Under the pieces are notes generated by a model. The model saw nothing but the letters and a program-made list of their open reading frames with translations. It made no database searches and was not told the DNA's origin. Made by a program: the position numbers and the translations under genes. From contig NIVC01000551.1 of NCBI GenBank assembly GCA_002269645.1, forward strand, positions 62,001-126,000: a stretch of 64,000 nt of DNA, read 5' to 3'. This document shows positions 13,267-24,244 of the stretch, one piece after another (the stretch's first letter is position 1; each line of letters starts with the position of its first letter). The stretch comes from Macrostomum lignano. Lineage: Eukaryota.

Positions 13267-13346
13267 ACCGGGGAGGCGGACTCGAACCTTGGACCTTACG
13301 CCTAGCCTAAACCTAGTCCTAGTGCCTACACTGCGGCTATTCCGCC
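13267..13346 (-). other. tRNA-like Pol III promoter module (SINE head) inside Helitron-like unit 2
   Basis: Minus strand has an A-box-like TAGCCGCAGTGTAGG and a B box GGTTCGAGTCC (13278-13288). Confidence 0.55.
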
Positions 13347-14252
13347 TACTGATGGAAGGGCGCAAAAATCAGACATATATGCTTCGGCACTGCAGTCAAA
13401 TACATAGCAGTGATAGCCTGCATGCTCAGTGTGCACAGTTTTGGTGCTGGCAGAGCCATTGCACAGTTAAGTAAATCTCTCAATTTCAATACTTTTAAAA
13501 TGCACTGGCTGATTTCTCTCTCCCTCCAGAGTGCCTGCGCAATGCTTGGCACACTGCCTCCTGCTGAAAAGCTCAGAGTCAGTTTATAGCGAGAATATGC
13601 AGTACGCAGTTGTGGCGCAATCATTTAGCATTGGAATTCAGCCAGTCAAGAATTCAACGCTGCTTGGCCTTCCATTAAAAGCATTTAGATAAACTTGTTT
13701 TTCGAATATTTAATACCTTTAGCATTGAAGCAGATTAAAGAAATTTTAGCTGTCCTCTTTCCAGATAATTACAAAACTTTTGGCGAAAACGCGATCAAAA
13801 TTGGTCAAGAATTGCAGTCTGTAGAGCGTTACGAAAAACAGATCTTTGACGCTTAAAGAGCTCGCTGCTAGCCTCCAGAATAATTTTATTTTTGACCCCT
13901 GGTATGGTTGCGCAATTTAAATAGAGTAATTATCTAGGCAGTGGGGCCCATGAGTTTTCTGATCAGTTCGCTCTGGCGCAATCATTAAAATTGGCTGTGA
14001 AGTTTTTCGCTGATAAAATTTTGCATTGAAAAAGCCCATTTAAAACAGTTTTTCGAATATTTAATCCCTTTAGCATTGAAGCAGATTAAAGAAATTTTAA
14101 CCATACAATCCCAGGCTGATTACAAATCTTTTGGCGAAAACGCGATGAAAATCGGTGAAGAATTGCTCTCTCTAGAGCGTTATGGACAAGCAAGCAAGCA
14201 AGCAAGCAAGCATACAAATATTAGAGATTTAGTATATTTAGATAGAAGAAGA

Positions 14253-14594
14253 CTAGCTAATTAGAGCTGGCTGCCAGCATCCAGAATAATTTTTTTATTG
14301 CCCCCCTTTAAGTTGGGGCCAGTGAGTTTTCTTATCAGTTGGCTCTGGCGCAATCAATTAAAATTGGCAGTGAAGTTTCTCGCTGATAGAATTTTGCATT
14401 GAAAAAGGCTATTTAAAACAGTTTTCGAATATTTAATCCCTTTAGCATTGAAGCAGATACAAGAAATTTTAACCATACAATCCCAGGCTGATTAGAAATC
14501 TTTTGGCGAAAACGCGATCAAAATCGGTCGAGAATTGCGATCTCTAGAGCGTTATGGACAAGCATACAAACCTTAGAGATTTAGTATATTTAGA
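14253..14594 (-). mobile_element. Short Helitron-like unit (type-II 3' end), 342 bp
   Basis: CTAG at 14253-14256, hairpin ctggctgc-ca-gcatccag (one mismatch), 5' TC at 14594. Confidence 0.7.
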
Positions 14595-14659
14595 TAGATA
14601 GATTATGGACATTCATTCAAACATACAAACCTTAGAGATTTAGTATATTTAGATTAGAA

Positions 14660-17600
14660 GAAGCCATTTAGCCCCCGCTGGGGAGCCCTAAAATGACACC
14701 AATTGGTTTTTATTTTGACACAAGAGTAACCTTACTATAATTATCCAAAATGTTGATTTCCATTAATAAAATATTACCTTTTCTCATTTTGGCAAAAATA
14801 AATTGCCATGAATCAGAACTTTCATCAGCCAAAAAAGTTTCCTTCATCAGCCCAAAACCCTTTCTCAATCAGCAAATAGTGCTGATCCTTTCAAGCACAA
14901 ACTCTTAGTGCATATCGTCGCTGGCCGGGGCATACTCTGATCCGCAGCAAATATGCAAATCACTGACGGCCTTAGACCCTCTCTTTTAATTAGCCTAAAT
15001 CAAAGAATGAAACCTTTAATAAATGCGCTGGTATTTCCTATTAGCAGAAATCAGCATCACTTGTGTGTACTATTTCAATATCTGAACTACATGAGCTACT
15101 TCAGCCGTACTACCTGACTATCTGACAATCGCCCAACAACCTAACACCCCTAACAATTCAGCCATCATCCTGCATGAGCCTTGTCATCTTAGCAATTCCC
15201 CCAGTAAGCCTTGTCATCTTAACAATTCCCCCAGTAAGCCTTGAAATCTCAGCAATTCCCCAAGTAAGCCTTGACAAGAATTGCTAAGAATTGCTAAGAA
15301 TACTTAGCTAACAATTGCTAATACTTGCTAAGAATTGCTGAGAAGCCTCGAGATCTCAGCAATTCCCCCAGTAAGCATTGACATCTCAGCGATTCTCCCA
15401 GTAAGCCTTGAAATCTTAGCAATTCCCCCAGAAAGAATTCACATCTTAGCAATTGCCGCAGTAAGCCTTGAAATCGCTGCAATCCCCCAGTAAGCCTTAA
15501 CATCTCAGCAATTCCCCCAATAAGCCTTGACATCTGAGGAATTCCCCCAGTAAGCCTTGAAATCTAAGCATTTCCCCAGTAAGCCTTGAAATCCAGCATT
15601 CCCCAGAAAGCCTTCACATTTTAGCAATTCCCAGTAAGACTTGACATCTTAGCAATTCCCAGTAAGACTTGACATCTCAGCAGTTCCCCCATTAAGCATC
15701 GACATCGCAGCAATTAAACTCGAGCCTTGACATCTACGCAGTTCTCTCAGCTGAGTAAGCCTTGACATCCCAACAACCCAACTCCGCTCCCCCAAGAATT
15801 CAGCAATCCCCTTATGAGCCTTGATATCTCTGCAATTTCTTCATAAGCCTTGTCAACTCAGTGATTCCATTCATGAGCTTTGATATCTTAGCAACTCCCA
15901 TCTTAGCAAGTCTTTAGTTGATGGTTAACAGAGTGGTTATTCTATGATTGAACCAAAACTGACCCTAAGCCCCTAACCCTAACCCATAAGTGAGTCTTGG
16001 CATGTTAGCAATCTCCCCCGTGAGCCTTGAGCCTGAGCATTTAAGTAACTTCCTCATAAGCTTTGAAATCTAAATTTCACCGAAAGCCTTGAACTGTCAG
16101 CAATTCCCTAAGAGCCAAAGCATATAACTAATTCGCCCCTTTAATCTTTGAAATTCCTTGATGAATCATTTATGATTGACACGACGATCGCTCTATAATT
16201 AAACTCAAACCCTAACCCTTAACCTGCAGCCGAGTCACAGCATTTCAGCAACTCCCCCTCTCAGCCCAAGAATTTCAGCAATTCCCCAATGAGCTTTTGA
16301 AATCTTAGCAATTTTCCCATGAGCATGAAACTTTAGCGACTAACCTTTTGATATCTTGGCACTTTCACATGAGTCTTATGGTTGAAAACTAACCCTGCCA
16401 AGTCACAGCATTTCAGCAATTCCCACCGTAAACCACAGCATTTCAACAAATACCCAATGAACCTTGACATTTCGTGAATTTCAGCCATTCGCTTTAGGAG
16501 CCTTTGAAATCTCAGTCATTCCCCCGTGAACCTTAGCATCTCAGCAATACCCAAAAGTCACAGCCTACAGCATTACAGGGATCCCCCGTGAGCTTTGAAA
16601 TCTCAGCTATTCCCCAATGAGCCTTGATATCTCAGCAACTCCTATTTGAGCCACAAAATTTCGGCATTATGAGCAGGTGCTGCAATCACAACAATCCCCC
16701 TGAGCATTGAGCCACATTATAATTCGGATATCCCCCCACGAGCCTTTACAACTTAGCAATTCCCCAATGAGTATTTAATGTTAGACAGGCCTATTCATTT
16801 ATATGGTTTACGTCTTACTCTTACCCTAACAATGTCGGCAATTCCCTCAAGAGCCACAGCATTCCAGAAATTATTTCCATGAGCCTTGACAGCAAATAAT
16901 TTTAATGAGCCTTGATACCTCAGAAATTTCTCAAATGGAATTTGAAATCAAAGCAATTCTGCCCAGAATCACATCAGTATAGAAATTTCCCTCTGAGACT
17001 TGACAAGACATCTCAGAATTTCTCTCATGGGCCTTGATCTGGCCCATGGCCCAGTAAGCCTTGAAATCTCAATAATTCCCCAGTAAGCCTTGACATCTCA
17101 GAAATTCCCTCATTAAGATCGACATCGCAGCAATTGAACTTAAGCTTTGAAATCAAAGCAATTCTCCCCAGAATCACATCATTATAGCAATTACCGCTGA
17201 GCCTTGAGATCTTAGAAATTCTCCCATGAGTCTTGATATCACAGAAATTTTCCATACCAGCCTTGACATCTTAGCAATTCACATTGAGTATTTTATTCTC
17301 GACAGACCGCTTCTTTTATGGTTGACATGATGATTCTTTTGTCGCTTTTTCTTGTGTTGAGTTTTCTTCTGTTTAAAGTAGCATTTATTAAAAACTTACA
17401 GTGGTTTACCATCACTTTAGCAATGGTTTACCATCACTTTAGCGATGGTTCACCAGCAATTTAGCAATGGTTCACCAGCAGTTTAGCAATGGTTCACCGG
17501 CACTGTTCCGCAAAATCTGGGAGCAGATGGCTACTGATCTCCATATGCTTCTCAATAATCGAAACCATTTGAAATGTTTGCAACTTGCAGTTTAAAATTG

Positions 17601-19839
17601 ATTTGCAATTCTCTTGCATATTTATTAATTCATTGTACGTCAGATTAGCACTGCTCACCCAGATTAGACCCTTTGCAAATTAGCACTTACAGCAGATTAG
17701 CACTGCTCTAGAAGACTAACGCAGCCCCAGCAAAAGTATCTTTAAATTTAAGTGTTTACCATCTCCATGAATCTGCATAGGATGCAATCATTATTGTCAC
17801 AGGTCACAAAGATAAATTCGCTGCTTCAATGCAGGCTCGAACTGCTGACATCAAAGCATTCTGTTTGCTTCTGCTTGATACTGCCTGCCTACTGCGGCTA
17901 TTGTGCCTATTGACATGTGGTCGAAATAATCTAGTTTAGCAACTTTAGCCGTTTGAAGTTAACCCCCGGAAATCGGCATTTATCCCCACAACAACCTGAA
18001 ATTATCCCTTCATCTAATCCCGCAAAAAGACTGCAGTTATTTCTTAGCAGCCGGCATTTATCATCCACTTTGCATTTTAAAACTTTTATTAAAATTAAGA
18101 ATGCATACCCTCAGCGGCATAGAATTGTCCCCTTAGCCAAAAATATTTCACTTAGCAGCCGCAGAAATCCCCTAAACAACTTGTACTTAATCTTCCACAG
18201 TAAATATCCACTCAAAACTCAATAGTTAGTTATAAGCCTCAGAAGTCTGCCATTATCCTCTAATTAGTCCGCAGTTTTCCCTCTCAGCAGTCTGCAGCTA
18301 TACGCTCATACGTCTGGAGGAACTACCTCAGCAGTTTGCAGTTGTTTCCCCTTTGCAATCTGCAATGATCCCTTCGACAGTCTGCAGTTCCCCTCAGCAG
18401 TCTGCAGTCATTTCATTTTCAGTCTAAAACTGTACCATTAACGATTTTCATTCATTCTCTCAGCAGCCTGCAGTTCTCCTCTCGGCCGGCTCCTCAGTCT
18501 CCTCTGCAAACTGCAATTTGCTCAGAATTGTACGGCTCACTAATCAATTTTCGATACATATCGGCAGTCTTGAAAAGCTCAGCATTTAGCAGCATTGTCT
18601 GCAGTTTAGTAATTTCGTACTTTTATGGAGCTAGACAATACCCATTGATGGGATCAGTTATACTCGAAGCAGTTTTTACAAATCAAATTTGATTAGTGGC
18701 TTGTGCCGAGTAGCAAAAAATGAATTGCTAATTAATAAAAAAATGTTTCAATTGAAATTAAATAAAAAATGTTTCAATTAGTCCAGGCACAAGCTATAAA
18801 TTATTGAATTATTTGAATTTTTATTATCCGCCGGGGAGGCAGACTCGAACCTTGGACCTTACGTCTAGCCTAAACCTAGACCTAGTGCCTACACTGCGGC
18901 TACACTGCGGCTACTCCGCCTATTGATGGGAGGACAACAAAATCAGCCATATATGCTTCAGAACTGCAGTTAAAATACATAGCAGTGATAGGCTGCTCAG
19001 TGTGTAGGCGTGCAGGCGGAGCCAATGCACAGTTGATTGAGTGAAATCTAGCAATTTTCTATGGAGTCCGCCAGTCAGAGCCAGGGTCAGAATGTACACA
19101 CGCAGCCACTGAGCATTTTTTCTCCTTGCACACTGCAACCAGTATTGAAGCTTACACAGTGGAGAGAGAAAAGTTATGGCGCAATCATAATTGGAATTGG
19201 AATTCAGCCAGTCCAGTCAAGAATTCAACCTAGTTTGCCCTACCATTAAAAGCATTGGGAAAACTCGTTTTTCGAATATTTAATACCTTTAGCATTAAAG
19301 CCAATTAAAGAAATTTTAACTGTCTTCTTTCCAGATAATTACAAATCTTTTCGTAAAAACGCGATTAAAATTGGTCAATTGGTTCTATCTCTAGAACGTT
19401 ATGCAAATACTAACACAAATTCTCTTCGAGTGAAAGTCACACGAAGCAGCTATGACATAATCAAATACTCCGGCAGTCAGCATCAGTCTCAATTAAAGTT
19501 AGCAATATGGTTACGCAATTGCTGTCTTTCAACTTGGCACAGTGTTTTCAACTTGTTGTGATGTAATCTTTATCAGAATAAGAATTCAGCCAGTCAGTTT
19601 TTTCTCTAGCATTTTTACAGCGCATTTCAAGTCGAAAGAGCTGCTTGACCTTTGCAGAAAACATGTTTTTCGAATATCTAATCCCTTTAGCATTGAAGCA
19701 GATACAAGAAATTTTAACCATACAATCCCAGGCTGATTAGAAATCTTTTGGCGAAAACGCGATCAAAATCGGTGAAGAATTGCGATCTCTAGAGCGTTAT
19801 GGACAAGCATACAAACCTTAGAGATTTAGTATATTTAGA
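14660..19839 (-). mobile_element. Helitron-like unit 4, a diverged copy of unit 2
   Basis: Same ordered modules as 9132-14242 (caccaattggtttttatttt..., 31-bp array, 22-bp array, tRNA-like head); terminal CTAG degraded; 5' TC at 19839. Confidence 0.62.
18830..18920 (-). other. Second copy of the tRNA-like module, in unit 4, with an 11-bp internal duplication (tacactgcggc)
   Basis: Homologous to 13267-13346. Confidence 0.55.
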
Positions 19840-20200
19840 CTAGCTAACTAATTAGAGCTGGCTGCCAGCAGCCAGAATAATTTTTTATTGCCCCCCTTTA
19901 AGTGGGGCCCAGTGAGTTTTCTTATCAGTTCGCTCTGGCGCAATCAATTAAAATTGGCAGTGAAGTTTCTCGCTGATAAAATTTGCATTGAAAAAGGCCA
20001 TTTAAAACAGTTTTTCGAATATTTAATCCCTTTAGCATTAAAGCAGTTACAAGAAATTTTAACTGTCTTCTTTCCAGACAATTTTGAATCTTTTGGTGAA
20101 AACGCGATCAAAATCGGTGAAGAATTGCAGTCTCTAGAGCGTTATGGACATTCAAGCATACAAACAAACAAACAAATATTAGAGATTTAGTATATTTAGA
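19840..20200 (-). mobile_element. Short Helitron-like unit (type II), 361 bp
   Basis: CTAG at 19840-19843; perfect 8-bp stem CTGGCTGC-TG-GCAGCCAG; 5' TC at 20200. Confidence 0.75.
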
Positions 20201-20549
20201 CTAGCTAATTAGAGCTGGCTGCCAGCAGCCAGAATAAATTTTTATTGCCCCCCTTTAAGTGAGGCCCAGTGAGTTTTCTTATCAGTTGGCTCTGGCGCAA
20301 TCAATTAAAATTGGCAGTGAAGTTTCTCGCTGATAAAATTTGCATTGAAAAAGGCCATTTAAAACAGTTTTTCGAATATTTAATCCCTTTAGCATTGAAG
20401 CAGATTAAAGAAATTTTAACCGTCTTCTTTCCAGACAATTTTGCATCTTTTGGCGAAAACGCGATGAAAATCGGTGAAGAATTGCAATCTCTAGAGCGTT
20501 ATGGACAAGCAAGCAAGCATACAAATATTAGAGATTTAGTATATTTAGA
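20201..20549 (-). mobile_element. Short Helitron-like unit (type II), 349 bp
   Basis: CTAG at 20201-20204; perfect 8-bp stem 10 nt inside; 5' TC at 20549. Confidence 0.75.
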
Positions 20550-21166
20550 AGATAGAAGATAGAAGAAGAAGATAGATAGATAGAAGATAGAAGAAGATTA
20601 TGGACATTCATTCATTCAAGCATACAAACCTTAGAGATTTAGTATATTTAGACTAGTTTGAAAAAAATCGGTTCAGGCATTCAGGCTGTAGACTGGAATA
20701 CCGGTCAAACCTTAGAGATTTAGTATATTGTGATTTCGCTAGTCACTGAATGAGAAGAATAACAACAGCAAGACATTAACAACTGGCAGATGCTGAGTAA
20801 CTCAAGGCCCAACTCATCTTACGGCAGCTAACTACTCTGGTTTTATCAATATTTCCAAATCGGCATATCGCAAGTCAAATGAGGGCGCGCGCGGGTAAGA
20901 ATTGAATTGCAGATCTGCGTCCTTCTTTCTAAAATAACAAATATTGTAAGCAAAATTTTTGTCTTTTTACCGTCATGTGGCATATTTGTAGATGACGTGC
21001 AGATGAACTTCGCAGCATTATGAACTAGAGACTAGGCAGTTTGGTGTTTCAGGTCCGTATCGTACCAACATGACATTCAACGAATGTCCACAGTTTGTAG
21101 CTATACGAATCGGGGCCTCATTCGCAGATGGGATGCAAATGTTGATCATCAGTCCAAGGTCGCCAC

Positions 21167-21468
21167 CAGGCGCGTCGCCACCGAGGGGAGGACAGGGGGG
21201 TCCCACCCAGGAAAAGCTATGGGGGACAATGCCAATGCTTTGTCCCCCCCACCCCACCTTGCGACTCGTTGTGCTAATCAATAATTTTTCTTCAGGGCGC
21301 CAAAATATTGCGCCTATGGCGCTAAAATGAGTGCCTGCGGCGCCAAAATGAGTGCCTGCGGCGCTAAAATGAGGGCTGACAACACGATTCTCAAAATAAT
21401 GGAAATATAGGAATGTTGAATTCTTGGATTTGTCTCCCCCCACCATAAAATCCATGGCAACGCCCCTG
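21167..21468. mobile_element. hAT-like MITE, 302 bp
   Basis: Imperfect TIRs CAGGCGCGTCGCCA / TGGCAACGCCCCTG; exact 8-bp TSD GTCGCCAC at 21159-21166 and 21469-21476; CAG terminus plus 8-bp TSD is the hAT signature. Confidence 0.75.
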
Positions 21469-21479
21469 GTCGCCACACA

Positions 21480-21662
21480 CACCTCAATCACCCCAGCTAA
21501 TGCTGGCACCCATTTGACAGCTGGGTGAACTGAAGCAATGCAGAGTTAAGTGTCTTGCTCAAGGACACATTTTTTTCCAGTGGAATCAGGATCAGGATCA
21601 GGAATCGAACCCCCGACCTTCAAGTCGTGAGTCCGACGCTCTGACCATTAGGCTAACGGCCG
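21480..21662 (-). mobile_element. tRNA-derived CORE-type SINE (3' tail probably continues left past the MITE)
   Basis: A box TAGCCTAATGG (21645-21655), B box GGTTCGATTCC (21601-21611), then GTGTCCTTGAGCAAGACACTTAACTCTGCATTGCTTCAGTTCACCCAGCTGTCAAATGGG, which aligns by eye with the MIR/CORE consensus GTGTGACCTTGGGCAAGTCACTTAAC...CTGTAAAATGGG. Confidence 0.75.
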
Positions 21663-22940
21663 CTAGTGCTTTGGCCATTATTTCAACTCCGCAACCATTA
21701 GACTCAGCAACATTGAAAATTCGCCATCACCACAGAAGGTTCCGTCTGTGGTCGCCACTTTTGAGAGAGCAGGTAAAGCCTCTCAATCTTGCGAGTGACG
21801 CAACTCACTGTACATGTAGCTACGCCGCGACAGACTTAAGTTGAATGAAGTGGTGGGGAGCGGTGTGCGAGGATTGGACGGATTAAAGCTACCCCGATCA
21901 GTTTTCTCGCATCTTTTATTTCCAGAATAGTCCAAGAGAAACTGCTCACTGGAGCATAGAGTGGCGAATTTTCAATGTTGCTGAGTAATGCTAATACAAT
22001 TTTACCATTGCTCAACTTAGGCTTTTCTTTTAGTTTCGAAGGGTTTTGAATGGAACGAGAGAAAAAACGGGGGTAAACAAAAGTTTGAAAATTTATTGAC
22101 AAAATCTACGTTTGTTTATTTATTCTGCAGCTACAGCTGGGCACGCTCGACACGACTCGTTGGTGTGGCGGCAGCTGATGAAGCGCTGCCCCAGTCCTGT
22201 GCGGCCCCATCTAAGCCGGAGGCGCATTCGCAACCCGAAGCTCCGGCTGGCCCTCGGCCTCCCCGCGCTGCTCCTGACGCTGATGATTGCCTCGCATCTG
22301 GCGCACCTGCTGGCCAAGGAGCTGGAGCTCTTCCTGGCTATACCGATGGTGCCACTGAACTTGAGCGGAGCCAGAGGCAGCGTCCGGGGCAGCCCTCCGA
22401 GCTTCGTGCACCAGTCTTGGAAGTCAGCCAGCCTGCCAGACCGGTTGTCTGTCTGGTCAGCCAGCTGGCACCACTGCTTCCCGGACTGGCAGCACCGGCT
22501 GTGGACTGACGCCGACAATGCCGACTTTGTGCGTCGGAAATTTCCCGACTTCTATCCGACTTGGCGCTCGCTGTCGACTAAGATTGAGCGAGTGGACTCT
22601 GTCCGGTACCTGTACCTGTACAGCATGGGCGGCCTGTACGCCGACCTGGACTCGGAGTGCCTGCACCCGTTCCACCACCTGCTGGCCAACTGCAGCGTGG
22701 TCCTGGGCTCGATGTCTATCGGCTCGGGCTGGACAGCTTGGCGAATGCCGTCTGGCCTCGTGCAGAACTAGCTGATATACAGCCGGCCGGGCCAGCAGAT
22801 CTGGCTGGACGCAATCCGGGAGGTTCAGCGAATTGCAAGCCAGCGCTGCTGGAGTCTGCTGACGGGCAGCTACCCGCTGGAGGAGGACCGCACCGGGCCA
22901 CTGATGCTGATGCGGCTGATGAAGAGGAACTGGGCAAGAT

Positions 22941-23200
22941 TGTTGTGTATGGACTTTTGGTTTAGCAAATGCACTAATGCTTCCCTTCTTTTGTCTATAG
23001 TCTAGGGTACAATATTTTATTTCTTTAAGAGCCGAAGGCTAACAGTATTACAAAGGGCAAACAAGACGTGCGCCGGCTAGAGGCAAATAAAGCTTGTGAA
23101 CAGCTCGTATTTTAAATAATGCTTCTTCGACTTGACTTTGATGTCAGATGGTAGCCTGGAGGCAATAGTCGGTATAGAAGCAGAAGAAGAGGACATAACA
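22941..23200 (+). repeat. 5' LTR (260 bp)
   Basis: TGTTGTG...CATAACA; no difference from the 3' LTR found on base-by-base reading. Confidence 0.97.
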
Positions 23201-24244
23201 ATGGCGACGAGTGTAAAAATCGGAGAGTTCGACGTGGCTAAACCGGAGCAATGGGAAGCTTATGAAGAACGACTCGAGCAGTTTCTCGTCGTAAACAAAG
23301 TGACCGAGGAGGCACATAAGCGAGCAAATCTGATTACAGTGATTGGTAATGACTGCTATCAATTGCTCCGCAACCTGCTGTCACCAAAGAAGCCCAAGGA
23401 TGTGAACTTCGACGATCAAGTCAAGGCCCTGAGGGAGCATTTTAACCCAAGGCCTAAGATCGTTGTCGAGAGATTCAACTTCCACAGCAGAGCCCAACAT
23501 GAAGGAGAAAATGTGAGCGATTTCATCGCAAGTCTGCGGAAGTTGGCTGCCACGTGTGGTTTTAATGAATTCTTGGACGAGGCACTGAGAGACAGGTTCG
23601 TTGTCGGCCTAAGGAATCGCCTGACACAGCAGCGTCTGTTGCAAGAAGACACACTGACACTAACTGGAGCACTTACCCTTGCGACTGCGATGGAAGCAGC
23701 GGAAAGAGGTGTGGTGACAATTTCGTCAACTGGTGCAATCCAGGCGGTGAAGTCTTCGAGAGCCAGTAAAAATCTGACAGACGGCTTGTCAGAGAAGAAC
23801 AACAGAAACAATCAATCTGGATGCTTCCGCTGCAATGCACAAGATCACTGGGCAAAGAACTGCCCCTACCGTAGCAAGACGTGCAGCAAGTGCGGTCGAG
23901 TGGGACATAAAAGTGATGCCTGCCGCACAAAGGACAGGACTAAAGATTCCGGAGGTGGAAAGCAAAAGAGACTCAGCTCGTCCAGACATAAGAGACACGG
24001 CAGAGTGCACTATGCACAGGACAAAGCTAGTTCAACCAGCTCACACAGCAGGGACTCAAACTGTACGAGTCAGGGACACCACAGGGAGTGCTTTGAAGTC
24101 AGGACAGTGTGCTCGACTGGACAGGTCGCGCATGTCACTTCTCCACCGTACGAGTGCGAACTGGAACTGAACGGAAAAGCTGTAAGATTTCAAGTGGATA
24201 CTGGTGCGGATAAAACCCTGATCAACGAGAAGACCAGCAAGTAA
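23201..24244 (+). CDS. gag: Gag plus N-terminal half of aspartic protease
   Basis: MATSVKIGEFD...; two CCHC knuckles CFRCNAQDHWAKNC and CSKCGRVGHKSDAC; protease active site FQVDTGA; ends at TAA 24242-24244. Confidence 0.93.
   Translation: MATSVKIGEFDVAKPEQWEAYEERLEQFLVVNKVTEEAHKRANLITVIGNDCYQLLRNLLSPKKPKDVNFDDQVKALREHFNPRPKIVVERFNFHSRAQHEGENVSDFIASLRKLAATCGFNEFLDEALRDRFVVGLRNRLTQQRLLQEDTLTLTGALTLATAMEAAERGVVTISSTGAIQAVKSSRASKNLTDGLSEKNNRNNQSGCFRCNAQDHWAKNCPYRSKTCSKCGRVGHKSDACRTKDRTKDSGGGKQKRLSSSRHKRHGRVHYAQDKASSTSSHSRDSNCTSQGHHRECFEVRTVCSTGQVAHVTSPPYECELELNGKAVRFQVDTGADKTLINEKTSK
23202..23211 (+). promoter_or_regulatory. Primer-binding site TGGCGACGAG
   Basis: 1 nt after the LTR; complementary to a tRNA 3' end CUCGUCGCCA, as in vertebrate tRNA-Ser(GCT) (recalled, not checked for this host). 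Confidence 0.75.

Larger units (their letters stand above)
9132..14242 (-). mobile_element. Helitron-like unit 2 (composite, ~5.1 kb)
   Basis: 3' hairpin GCTCCCC-AGA-GGGGGGC plus CTAG at 9132-9135; 5' TCTAAATATAC at 14242; colinear with unit 14660-19839. Confidence 0.65.
5902..20733 (-). mobile_element. Head-to-tail array of non-autonomous Helitron-like (rolling-circle) elements
   Basis: On the minus strand units start with TC (TCTAAATATACTAAATCTCTAA or TCCTATATACTAAAAATG) and end with a GC-rich hairpin 7-10 nt before CTAG. Exact CTAG|TC junctions at 9131/9132, 19839/19840, 20200/20201 and 20652/20653. Outer flanks a5901 and t20734 fit the A|T target rule with no TSD. No Rep/helicase ORF seen. 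Confidence 0.72.

Noticed and set aside
19888-20562. Two near-identical ~100-aa ORFs (also 14076-14264)
   Set aside because: Internal to the short Helitron-like units; other copies carry stops or indels; no HUH or helicase motifs
21595-21662. Functional tRNA gene
   Set aside because: A and B boxes are present but there is no paired acceptor stem and the anticodon stem is poor; it continues into a CORE domain, so it is a SINE head
22769-24244. Stop-codon reassignment explaining the in-frame TAG (GT32) and TAA (Gypsy)
   Set aside because: Over 6.5 kb of BRE1 and ZNFX1-ART exons contain no internal TAA/TAG, and TAA terminates both ZNFX1-ART and pol at the expected ends
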